From contig CAYJAA010000001.1 in NCBI GenBank assembly GCA_964368185.1, forward strand, positions 13,959 to 67,924: DNA of 53,966 bases, read 5' to 3'. Positions 33,320 through 42,337 of this stretch are shown here, in pieces (the stretch's first letter is position 1; the number at the start of each line of letters is the position of its first letter). The stretch is from an uncultured Lachnospiraceae bacterium (GTDB lineage: Bacteria; Bacillota; Clostridia; Eubacteriales; Anaerofustaceae). The position numbers and the translations under genes are program-made. Under the pieces are notes generated by a model. It worked only from the letters and a program-made list of their open reading frames with translations, did no database searches and was not told the DNA's origin.

Positions 33320-34165
33320 ATGAGTACTAATAAGAAAAAATTCAACACCCTTGCTAATAAAGATGAACTGCTGGAATTTCTATATACTAAAGGGAAAAAC
33401 CATAATGAGTATCATCATTATACCACTTTTGACAATGCTATTAAAATAATCAAAAATAAATCATTTTTTCTAACCCGTGGCAATTCTACAAGTATGAATG
33501 ACCAACATGAACCAACCATCAATGAAGATAGTAATATATGGGATAAAACCTACATTGGCAGTTTTGCATTTGGAGGAAATGAAAATATGGCAATGTGGGG
33601 TTTGTACGGTTTACCAAAAGAAAATGCTGTACGAATAACAATTCCGAAAAAAGCTATGGAATCTTGGTTTGATAGCATAAACGAAATTCACGGAATTACT
33701 ATAGAAAATAATGTTCCTGAATATAAGAGTGTAAATAACAAATTTGATAAATATTTATCTGATATAGTGTATATTGACACTATACAAGATCCGAATTTAT
33801 CAAAACTTTATTGGAATGATAACTCCTTGAGGATTAAACCATCAGAAAGCATAACCTCCATTGCAGATGAATTAGATATGATAGGGTTTATTAAAAATTT
33901 TGCTTGGAAATATGAAAATGAAGTTCGCCTTCTTATTCGCACGGAACCTAATACAAAGCATGAAAAAATTAGTGTTAACATACCCGAAGAAGTTACTAAG
34001 AATATATCTATTACAGCTGGACCATGTTTTAACGGCGATATAGGCGAAAGATTGAAAGAAAACCAATGCGATAACAAAGTATCTGAAAGTATATTTAAGG
34101 GCTTAGTGAACTACAAAATTTTATGCAGTATGTGCTTGCATGAAAATTTTATAAATAAGGAGTAA
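33320..34165 (+). CDS. DUF2971-like protein embedded between hsdS and hsdR
   Basis: Motifs as I remember them for DUF2971: YHHYTTFDNAIKIIKNKSFFLTRGNSTSMNDQHE, GSFAF..NENMAMWGLYG, and WKYENEVRLL. The gaps are 3 nt after hsdS and 4 nt before hsdR. Confidence 0.6.
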   Translation: MSTNKKKFNTLANKDELLEFLYTKGKNHNEYHHYTTFDNAIKIIKNKSFFLTRGNSTSMNDQHEPTINEDSNIWDKTYIGSFAFGGNENMAMWGLYGLPKENAVRITIPKKAMESWFDSINEIHGITIENNVPEYKSVNNKFDKYLSDIVYIDTIQDPNLSKLYWNDNSLRIKPSESITSIADELDMIGFIKNFAWKYENEVRLLIRTEPNTKHEKISVNIPEEVTKNISITAGPCFNGDIGERLKENQCDNKVSESIFKGLVNYKILCSMCLHENFINKE

Positions 34166-34169
34166 AATA

Positions 34170-37100
34170 ATGCTAAAAGACCTATACTTAGAAAAAAACA
34201 TCAGCCAAACCCCAGCCATAGAGCTACTTAAATCTATGGGATACATATATATTCCCCCAGAGGAGGCCCTAAGAAAGCGAGGGAGTAAATACGATGTTAT
34301 CTTAAAAGATATTCTTCGCTCACAGCTTAAAAAGCTAAATACATACACTTTTGGAGGAGAGAAAAAGGAGTTTTCCCCTGGTAATATTGAGCGTGCTATA
34401 GAAGATATAAACCTACCCCTAAATGACGGGCTTATTAAGTGTAGTGAAAAAATATTTAATATGCTCCTACTTGGTAATAGCTACTTAGAACTTCTAGGAG
34501 ATGGGAAAAGCCTTAGCTTTAATCTAAAATATATTGACTGGGATAATTTTGATAATAATGTATTTCATGTAACTGAAGAATTTTCTGTAGAAAGTCTTGA
34601 TAAAGAACATAACGCAAGGCCGGATATAGTGTTATTTATTAATGGAATTCCCTTTGGGGTTATTGAGTGTAAAACTCCACAAATTTCAGTAGAGCAAGGG
34701 ATAGAACAAATGGTTAGGAACCAAAAAACAGAGTGGATCCCTCAACTTTTTAAATTCACTCAAATTCTTGTGTCTACAAATAAAAACACTGTAAAATATG
34801 CTACCACAGGAACACCAAAAAAGTTTTGGTCTATTTGGCGAGAAGAAGACAAGAGTTTTTTAGAAAATCAACTTAATATCCATATTAAAAATAGACAAAA
34901 GACTATTCAAGATGAAAATATTATTTCACTTTTCTCAAAGGATAGAGTGAAAGACTTAATAAAATATTTTGTTTTATACGATGCTAATATTAAGAAAATT
35001 TGCAGATACCAACAATACTTTGCAATCAAAGAAGCAATGAAAACTATCACTACTTTTGACAAAAAAGGAAATCGCAAAAGTGGTGTTGTTTGGCATACCC
35101 AAGGAAGTGGAAAAAGCCTTACTATGGTTATGTTAGCAAAATTATTATTACAAGAGTTATCAAAACAAAACCCTAAAGTTATTATCATAACCGATAGGAA
35201 AGAACTAGATAACCAAATCGCAAAAACCTTTTCCCACACAAGATTAAATCCAGCAAAGGCAGCAAGTGGCAAACACTTAGTAGAGCTTATAGATAGCCAT
35301 AAAGCAGATGTTATTACTACGATAATTAATAAATTTAATACCGCTGAAAAAATGGACAGTAAAAATTTATCAAAGGATATATTTGTTCTTGTTGATGAAA
35401 GCCACCGTTCAAACTATGGTGGCCTTGCAACAAAAATGCGAACAGTTTTCCCAAATGCCTGCTATATAGGTTTTACAGGAACACCCCTTATGAAAAAAGA
35501 AAAAAACACAATGGCAAAGTTTGGGGACTTAATCCATAAATACACTATCAAAGATGGCGTAGAAGATGGAGCGATTGTTCCCTTAATTTATGAGGGAAAA
35601 TTTGTAGATCAAAATGTTGATGAAGAAAATATAGACTTATGGTTTAAACAAGTAACAAAAAGACTTAACGAAAAAGAAAGAAAAGATTTAAAAGACAAGT
35701 GGAGTAGCATTAGGCGCCTAACTTCAACTGATTCAAGAATTAAAAGAATAGCTCTTGATATTGATGAGCATTTTACTGGGGGTTATAAAAATACAGGCTT
35801 TAAAGCCATGCTTGCAACCAACTTTAAAAAAGATGCCGTTAGGTATTTAGAGTGTTTTGAAACTTTTTCTGATTTAACTTGTGCTGTTATAATCTCTCCC
35901 CCAGATATCAGGGAGGGGGCTGAAAATATTGATGATGAAATAGACGATAAAGTTCGTAAATACTGGGATAAGATGATAAAAGCTTATGGAGATGGGGACA
36001 AATATGAAGAGGCTATCAAAAATAAATTTTTAGATGGAGAAATTGATATTTTAATAGTTTGTAGCAAACTTTTAACAGGCTTTGATGCCCCAAGATGTCA
36101 AGTTTTATACATAGACAAAGAATTAAAAGAACATGGACTTCTTCAAGCTATTGCCAGAACAAATAGACTTTATGAGGGGAAAGATTATGGACTAATCGTT
36201 GATTATAGAGGGCTTATTACAAGGCTTAATGATGCTATGGATACTTATACTGGAGCAGGTCTTGAAAACTTTGAAGGTGGAGATTTAAAGGGAACGATTG
36301 TGGATATAATCTCTGTTATAGCTAGCTTAAGAGAGGCAAATAGCAATCTTTGTCAGCTATTTATCACATTAAAAAATAGTCAAGATACCGAAGAAGTAGA
36401 AAGTTATTTAGCTGATGAAAAAATTAGAGAAAGCTTTTATGATTTTGTATGCGCTTTAGGTAAGCATTTATCTATGACAATGAATTCAGAAGTTGTTTAT
36501 GAAACTATTGATAGAAAAGAGCTAAAAACTTATCAAGATAATTTTATTTTTTATTCAAAAGTTAGAAGAAGTGTTAAAGTTAGATATCATGATGCAATAG
36601 ACAATAATGAGTATGAACCCTTAATGCAAAATCTTCTTGATACTCATTTATCCGTAGCAGGACTTAATCAAATCACAAAGCCTGTTGACATATTAAATAA
36701 AGATGAATTTGAAAAAGAAATTGAAGAGCTTACCTCCCTTAAGGGAAAAGCCGATGCAATCACTAGCAGTATGACAAAGGCAATTAGTGAAAGGCGTGAT
36801 GAAAATCCTGCTTATTATGATAGCTTTTCTGAAAAAATAAAGTCCGCATTAGAAGAGTATAAAGATAAAGTTATATCAGAAAGTGAATACCTTGCAAAAA
36901 TGAAGTCTATTCTTGCAGACTTTAGAGAAAATAAAACCGATATAACTTACCCTAGTGAAATAAAAAAGAATTTACACGCCCAAGCTTTCTACGGAGTTAT
37001 TTGCGCTATACTGGATAATGAAATTAATATAAATGATTATAGTGAGATTATAACTTATGCTACTATAGAAATTACAAAAATAATCGAAAAATACAACCAA

Positions 37101-37262
37101 GTAGACTGGTCGACTAATACTACAATCCATAAAAAAATAGCACAAGAAATAGATGACTTATTCTATGAAATAGAAAAAGAAAAAGCTTTAAAATTAACAT
37201 TTGATGCTATTGACATGATTATAGAAAATGTGAAAACCGTTGCTCTTAGGAGGTTTAAATGA
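34170..37262 (+). CDS. hsdR: Type I restriction enzyme R subunit (helicase-nuclease)
   Basis: An N-terminal PD-(D/E)xK-like region (RPDIVLFINGIPFGVIECK), Walker A TQGSGKSLTM, a DESHRS box, and motif VI QAIARTNR. Confidence 0.95.
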   Translation: MLKDLYLEKNISQTPAIELLKSMGYIYIPPEEALRKRGSKYDVILKDILRSQLKKLNTYTFGGEKKEFSPGNIERAIEDINLPLNDGLIKCSEKIFNMLLLGNSYLELLGDGKSLSFNLKYIDWDNFDNNVFHVTEEFSVESLDKEHNARPDIVLFINGIPFGVIECKTPQISVEQGIEQMVRNQKTEWIPQLFKFTQILVSTNKNTVKYATTGTPKKFWSIWREEDKSFLENQLNIHIKNRQKTIQDENIISLFSKDRVKDLIKYFVLYDANIKKICRYQQYFAIKEAMKTITTFDKKGNRKSGVVWHTQGSGKSLTMVMLAKLLLQELSKQNPKVIIITDRKELDNQIAKTFSHTRLNPAKAASGKHLVELIDSHKADVITTIINKFNTAEKMDSKNLSKDIFVLVDESHRSNYGGLATKMRTVFPNACYIGFTGTPLMKKEKNTMAKFGDLIHKYTIKDGVEDGAIVPLIYEGKFVDQNVDEENIDLWFKQVTKRLNEKERKDLKDKWSSIRRLTSTDSRIKRIALDIDEHFTGGYKNTGFKAMLATNFKKDAVRYLECFETFSDLTCAVIISPPDIREGAENIDDEIDDKVRKYWDKMIKAYGDGDKYEEAIKNKFLDGEIDILIVCSKLLTGFDAPRCQVLYIDKELKEHGLLQAIARTNRLYEGKDYGLIVDYRGLITRLNDAMDTYTGAGLENFEGGDLKGTIVDIISVIASLREANSNLCQLFITLKNSQDTEEVESYLADEKIRESFYDFVCALGKHLSMTMNSEVVYETIDRKELKTYQDNFIFYSKVRRSVKVRYHDAIDNNEYEPLMQNLLDTHLSVAGLNQITKPVDILNKDEFEKEIEELTSLKGKADAITSSMTKAISERRDENPAYYDSFSEKIKSALEEYKDKVISESEYLAKMKSILADFRENKTDITYPSEIKKNLHAQAFYGVICAILDNEININDYSEIITYATIEITKIIEKYNQVDWSTNTTIHKKIAQEIDDLFYEIEKEKALKLTFDAIDMIIENVKTVALRRFK

Positions 37263-37993
37263 GTGAAACTTCTAAGAAAAAATACTTAAGCGTAGATAGC
37301 CGAGTTATTAAATATACACTAATTCAAAAAGATGTAAAAAATATTAACCTTAGAATAAAATCAAATGGGGAAATTTCTATTTCTGCAAATAAATCCGTCA
37401 GCCTAAGCCACATAGAAAATTTTATTAAAAATAAGTCTAGCTTTGTATTTAAACACTTAGATAAATTCGAAGATATGAAAAAATACACTCCTAGCAAAAA
37501 GAAGTACATAAGTGGGGAAAGCTTTTTACTTCTTGGAAAATCTTTACGCCTTAAAGTTTTAGTGTCTGAAAAAGAAAATGTGTATACTGATGGAGTTTAT
37601 CTTTTTTTAGAAGTTAAAAACAAAGGTGACTTTAAGAGAAAAGAAAAACTTATAAATACTTTCTTTGATGAAAAATGTAAAGAGTATTTTAAAGAAGTAG
37701 CAAATGATATTTATCCCATATTTAAAAAATACGACATAATCTACCCTATTATTAAAATCCGTTCTATGACATCAAGGTGGGGATCTTGTATTCCTTTAAA
37801 AAACCAAATCACACTTAACAAAAAACTTATTGAAGTGCCAAAAAATTCCATAGAATATGTTGTTCTACATGAATTTGTACACTTTATTCATCCAAATCAT
37901 TCAAAAAAGTTTTATAACTTCTTGACTATGCTTATGCCAGACTGGAAAGAGAGAAAAAGGGTTCTTGAAACTTATGCTTTTAGAGTGGAATAA
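37259..37993 (+). CDS. M48-family / DUF45 (YgjP-like) zinc metallopeptidase
   Basis: HEFVHFIHPNHSKKF is an HExxH motif in the typical YgjP context. Its ATG overlaps the hsdR stop (ATGA). Confidence 0.85.
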   Translation: MSETSKKKYLSVDSRVIKYTLIQKDVKNINLRIKSNGEISISANKSVSLSHIENFIKNKSSFVFKHLDKFEDMKKYTPSKKKYISGESFLLLGKSLRLKVLVSEKENVYTDGVYLFLEVKNKGDFKRKEKLINTFFDEKCKEYFKEVANDIYPIFKKYDIIYPIIKIRSMTSRWGSCIPLKNQITLNKKLIEVPKNSIEYVVLHEFVHFIHPNHSKKFYNFLTMLMPDWKERKRVLETYAFRVE

Positions 37994-38051
37994 TTGTAGG
38001 GACACAAAAAATTACTAAACAACAAAAGTTAAAACAAAGGAGGTAAATTTA

Positions 38052-39377
38052 GTGAAAGAAATCAAATGCCCAAAATGCGGGGAAGCTTTTACAGTTGATG
38101 AATCAGGATATATGGCAATTGTAAAACAAGTTAGAGATGTAGAGTTTCAAAAGGATTTAGAGGAAAGGCAAAGGCTTTTCACTGAGGCTAAGGAAAGTGA
38201 GCTTAACCTATTAAAGACAGAAGCTAAACATAATCTTGATAAAAGTCTTAGTCAGTCACAAGAAGAAATAAACAAACTAAAAGCTATTATTGAGGCCTCT
38301 AAAAGAACTAGTGATGGTGAGCTTGAAATAGCTAAAATAAAGGCTAAGGCTACTTTAGAAGAAAAATTGTCTGAATCAAAACAAGAAATAGAGCGCCTAA
38401 GGGGTGAAATTCAAAAATCTGAAATGGAAAAATCCCTTGCTATTAGTGAAGAATCTGCAAAAGGAAAGTCTGCTATTGCCAGTAAAGAACAGGAAATAAT
38501 GAAGCTAAAGTTGGAGGCTGAAAGTGTTCAGTCCTCTACAAAGCTAAAAATAAAAGTCCTTGAAGACTCCTATAAAGAAAAGCTTTTAGAAAAAGAAGAA
38601 CAAATTAGCTTTTATAAAGACCTAAAAGCAAGACAGTCCACTAAAATGCTTGGAGAAACTTTAGAACAGCACTGTGAGATAGCCTTTAATCAAATAAGGG
38701 CAACTGGCTTTAGAAGTGCGTACTTTGAAAAGGACAACGATGCAAGGAGCGGAAGCAAAGGGGACTATATTTTCAGGGAGCATACTGAGGGTGGTGTGGA
38801 GTTTATTTCTGTTATGTTTGAGATGAAAAACGAAATGGACACTACTGCTACCAAAAAGAAAAACGAAGACTTTTTAAAAGAGCTTGATAAAGATAGAAAT
38901 GAAAAAGGGTGTGAATATGCAGTGTTAGTTTCCCTTTTAGAATCAGACAACGAATATTATAATAGTGGTATTGTTGATATGTCTCACAGATACCCTAAAA
39001 TGTATGTTATTCGCCCACAATTTTTTATACCTATAATCACTCTTCTTAGAAACGCTGCATTAAACGCAGTAGAGTATAAAGAACAGCTCATTGAAGTTCG
39101 TAACCAAAACATCGATATTTCTAATTTTGAAAATGATATTATGGATTTTAAAAATAAATTTAGCTATAATTATGACTTAGCAAGTAGAAAGTTTCAAACT
39201 GCTATTAAAGAAATTGATGAGACTATTAAACATCTTGAAAAAACTAAAGCCGCCCTATTATCTTCTGAAAACAACTTAAGGCTTGCAAATGATAAAGCGC
39301 AAGATTTAACTATTAAAAAACTTACAAAAAACAACCCTACTATGAAAGAAAAGTTTGATGAGATAAAAGGAGAATAA
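38052..39377 (+). CDS. DUF2130-like protein: zinc ribbon, long coiled coil, and a PD-(D/E)xK-like C-terminal domain
   Basis: CPKCGEAF at the N-terminus, about 170 aa of E/K-rich heptads, then GDYIF...(17)...FEMKNE (D238, E257, K259; 38763..38828). GTG start behind AAGGAGGT. Confidence 0.7.
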   Translation: MKEIKCPKCGEAFTVDESGYMAIVKQVRDVEFQKDLEERQRLFTEAKESELNLLKTEAKHNLDKSLSQSQEEINKLKAIIEASKRTSDGELEIAKIKAKATLEEKLSESKQEIERLRGEIQKSEMEKSLAISEESAKGKSAIASKEQEIMKLKLEAESVQSSTKLKIKVLEDSYKEKLLEKEEQISFYKDLKARQSTKMLGETLEQHCEIAFNQIRATGFRSAYFEKDNDARSGSKGDYIFREHTEGGVEFISVMFEMKNEMDTTATKKKNEDFLKELDKDRNEKGCEYAVLVSLLESDNEYYNSGIVDMSHRYPKMYVIRPQFFIPIITLLRNAALNAVEYKEQLIEVRNQNIDISNFENDIMDFKNKFSYNYDLASRKFQTAIKEIDETIKHLEKTKAALLSSENNLRLANDKAQDLTIKKLTKNNPTMKEKFDEIKGE

Positions 39378-39382
39378 ATGCA

Positions 39383-40102
39383 ATGAGTAATACGGCATAT
39401 CAAGATAAAAGTAAGACTATACTTATTAGTGCTAAAGAAGCTACTTATAAAAACAATAAACATTATTACTGTAAAAATAAAGAATGTTGTGCAATTTTAT
39501 ATCTTAGGAACAGTGATGGAATCAAATCAGCTCACTTTTGTGCTTATGCAAAGCATCCACACATACATGGTTGCTATGAAGGAATATCTAACTTTAAACT
39601 TGACAACTTTAAAGAGAATGAATTTAACTTTGATGAGTCAATAAATAATTTATCTAAAGACGGAAAAAGCACAGAAAAAAAGACCGCAACTGAGCTTCAA
39701 AAAAAAGAAACAGCTACTAGAAATTTGTCCGCTGATAGACCTTTAAAAAGCTTACGAGAAATATATTATATGTGTAAATCAAAAAAAATCAATGATAAAT
39801 ATTCAACTATAAAAATATCACATATGCTTGCAGATGAAAGAACTATGAAAATATATCAAGTATATGGACCAATAGGGGTTCGTATTGTTGAGTGCACTTA
39901 TATAGATCATGATTCTGAAAAAAATCAGATATTTATGGATTATTATGGAATGGAATTGACCCTTAATCTAAATAATCGTTTGTTTGAGGAAATAAATGAA
40001 AAATTACATATAAATAGAGAGCATAAAATTGCTATTTGTGGTGACTGGAGTGCTCGATCTGTTAGAATAACATCTAAAAGGCAGATTTATATTATAAAGT
40101 GA
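39383..40102 (+). CDS. Hypothetical protein with a Cys/His-rich N-terminal (zinc-ribbon-like) region
   Basis: YYCKNKECCAILYLRNSDGIKSAHFCAYAKHPHIHGC. It begins 5 nt after the DUF2130 stop, with AAAGGAGAA inside that gene's 3' end. I could not assign a family. Confidence 0.5.
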   Translation: MSNTAYQDKSKTILISAKEATYKNNKHYYCKNKECCAILYLRNSDGIKSAHFCAYAKHPHIHGCYEGISNFKLDNFKENEFNFDESINNLSKDGKSTEKKTATELQKKETATRNLSADRPLKSLREIYYMCKSKKINDKYSTIKISHMLADERTMKIYQVYGPIGVRIVECTYIDHDSEKNQIFMDYYGMELTLNLNNRLFEEINEKLHINREHKIAICGDWSARSVRITSKRQIYIIK

Positions 40103-40320
40103 GTGTGATGACAAATTGACAACATTTTTCTGTAATAATCCTAATAGATATGATAATACAGAGAAAAACAGTATTAGTTTACACGCTTTTTTGAATACAA
40201 TTTAAGTGCAATTTTTTATTTACGAAGAATAATAAGGTAGTAATTCTCATATAATAATATCATTACATTATTGAAGGTATTATATTTATGAGAAGTGCAA
40301 GCCGAACAGAAAGGATAGTT

Positions 40321-42060
40321 ATGAATATAAAACCTGTTGATAAAACAATAAGAGAACTTTTATTGTCAAGGAATCAATTTATTATACCACGTTTCCAAAG
40401 GGAATATTCTTGGGATAAGAAAAATTATAGCGAATTTCTTGAAGATATGGTGAAATGCCTAGAAATCAATGGTGGTAAAATATCACCTACTCAATATTTT
40501 ATTGGTACTATGCTTTTCGTTGGAGATAAAGACGAACTACAAAAACAACAACAGAGCATGGATGTAGTTGATGGACAACAAAGACTGACAACTATAACCA
40601 TATTGTTTTCTGCATTATCAGATATATTTAAAATCGAAAATGAAAAACTTCTAAGCGAACAACTTTTTAAATATATAATGACTACCGATGATAACGGAGA
40701 CCCTATACGAATATTAAAAAGCAAAACTCATTATCCTTTTTTTGCAGACTATATTCAATCAAGTGAGAAACTCGAACTTAATGATCCTTCAAGTGAAGAA
40801 GAGCAGTGTATAAAAAATACATATGATTTTTTTATAGAGATCTTAGCCGAAAATAAAATTAGACAGCTACTGCAAAAAGATTTTGGAACCGCCGACATCG
40901 ACCAATGTAGTTATATAGATATTTTAAAAGCTATAAGGGATCAAGTGCTTAATTGCACATTTGTATCAATATATACAAAAAACAAAAATCAAGCTAACAT
41001 GATTTTTGAAATACTAAATGCAAAGGGAAAAAAATTATCTAGTATCGATTTGATTAAAAATAAGATATTTGAATTGCTTGATAAAAAAGAACCATCAGAT
41101 TTTGCCACAATTACGTGGCAGGAGATTAAAGCAATCTTGAATGATGAAAATTGTGATGTTGGATTTGCAACATTTTATCGTCACTTTTGGCTTTCGAGAT
41201 ATAAAAAGTCATCAGATGCTAAATTATATGATGATTTTGTTAGCAAAATAAAAAAGAATAAAGAGGGGTATATTGAATTTTTAAAACAATTATTAAATGA
41301 TGCTAATTTATATGCAAAAATTGTAAACCCTCAAAGACAACACTTCAATAATAGAAAAGAGTATTTTGGTGTGGTTCAATCATTAAATGCTCTCTCAAAT
41401 ACATTTAACATATCACAATCTAGAATTGTTATATTAGCATTAATGAATGTAAAGTCTAAGAAGTTAATATCATTAACTGATTTTAAAAAATGCCTGTATT
41501 TTATTGAAAATTTTCATTTGGCATATAATGCGATAGGTGGTTTACCAACGAATAGACTAGAATCGATTTACTCAAAGCGTGCCATTGCGTTAAATAACGC
41601 TGATAATAAAATTGCTGTAAAAATGCAAATTTCAGAATTAAAGAAAAGTTTATCTGATATTTACATTTCATATCCTGATTTTGAAGAAAAGTTCAAACTA
41701 TTAACTTACACAAAAAAATCTGTTGCTTCAAATACTAGAACAAAATATGTTATACAAAAAATTAATTCATACTTTGAGCAGAGTGAAATTTTCTCTGATG
41801 ATTTAAGCATAGAACATATTTCTCCTGAAACAGAAAATGCAAATAATATTAATATTGGGAATTTAATTGCGTTAGAACTTGCAATAAATAAAGACGCAGA
41901 TATGTTAGGTTATTCAAAAAAGAGATCAGTATACAAGAGCTCTAAATATACTTGGGTTAATGATTTCATCAGCAAACATAAAACATGGGATCAAAAAGAT
42001 TACAATGATAGAGCCAGAGATTTAGCAAGATTATACTATCAAGAAATATTAAAAAAATAA
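40321..42060 (+). CDS. DUF262/DUF1524 (GmrSD-like) type IV restriction-type nuclease
   Basis: N-terminal IPRFQREYSW and DGQQRLTT (ParB/DUF262-like). C-terminal LSIEHISPE....IGNLIALE..INK (His-Me finger/DUF1524-like). I moved the start to the ATG at 40321, behind GAAAGGA. Confidence 0.85.
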   Translation: MNIKPVDKTIRELLLSRNQFIIPRFQREYSWDKKNYSEFLEDMVKCLEINGGKISPTQYFIGTMLFVGDKDELQKQQQSMDVVDGQQRLTTITILFSALSDIFKIENEKLLSEQLFKYIMTTDDNGDPIRILKSKTHYPFFADYIQSSEKLELNDPSSEEEQCIKNTYDFFIEILAENKIRQLLQKDFGTADIDQCSYIDILKAIRDQVLNCTFVSIYTKNKNQANMIFEILNAKGKKLSSIDLIKNKIFELLDKKEPSDFATITWQEIKAILNDENCDVGFATFYRHFWLSRYKKSSDAKLYDDFVSKIKKNKEGYIEFLKQLLNDANLYAKIVNPQRQHFNNRKEYFGVVQSLNALSNTFNISQSRIVILALMNVKSKKLISLTDFKKCLYFIENFHLAYNAIGGLPTNRLESIYSKRAIALNNADNKIAVKMQISELKKSLSDIYISYPDFEEKFKLLTYTKKSVASNTRTKYVIQKINSYFEQSEIFSDDLSIEHISPETENANNINIGNLIALELAINKDADMLGYSKKRSVYKSSKYTWVNDFISKHKTWDQKDYNDRARDLARLYYQEILKK

Positions 42061-42073
42061 ATATATAATATTT

Positions 42074-42108
42074 AAAGACACAAATCTTAAATAAATTTGT
42101 GTCTTTTT
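42074..42108 (+). terminator. Rho-independent terminator after the GmrSD-like gene
   Basis: aaagacacaaat / atttgtgtcttt, then a short T run. Confidence 0.8.
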
Positions 42109-42263
42109 CATATACATATTCAACAACACAACAACTCAAAAGTTGTTCGGAAACGACTACTTTTTGCGTCCTTGATTTTATTTATATTTTCGTTGCTTAT
42201 GAGAATAAATATAAAGCTTCTTATAAAATGAAATGTATCTACATCATAAAAATTAAACAAAAG

Positions 42264-42297
42264 AAAAAACACCTTAAAACTTTAGGTGTTTTTTTTA
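42264..42297. terminator. Bidirectional terminator (serves the Crp-family gene on the - strand)
   Basis: aaaaaacacct...aggtgtttttttt. Confidence 0.7.
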
Positions 42298-42337
42298 ATG
42301 TCTTGATTAAAAATAATAACTTAAACTTTCTTTATTT

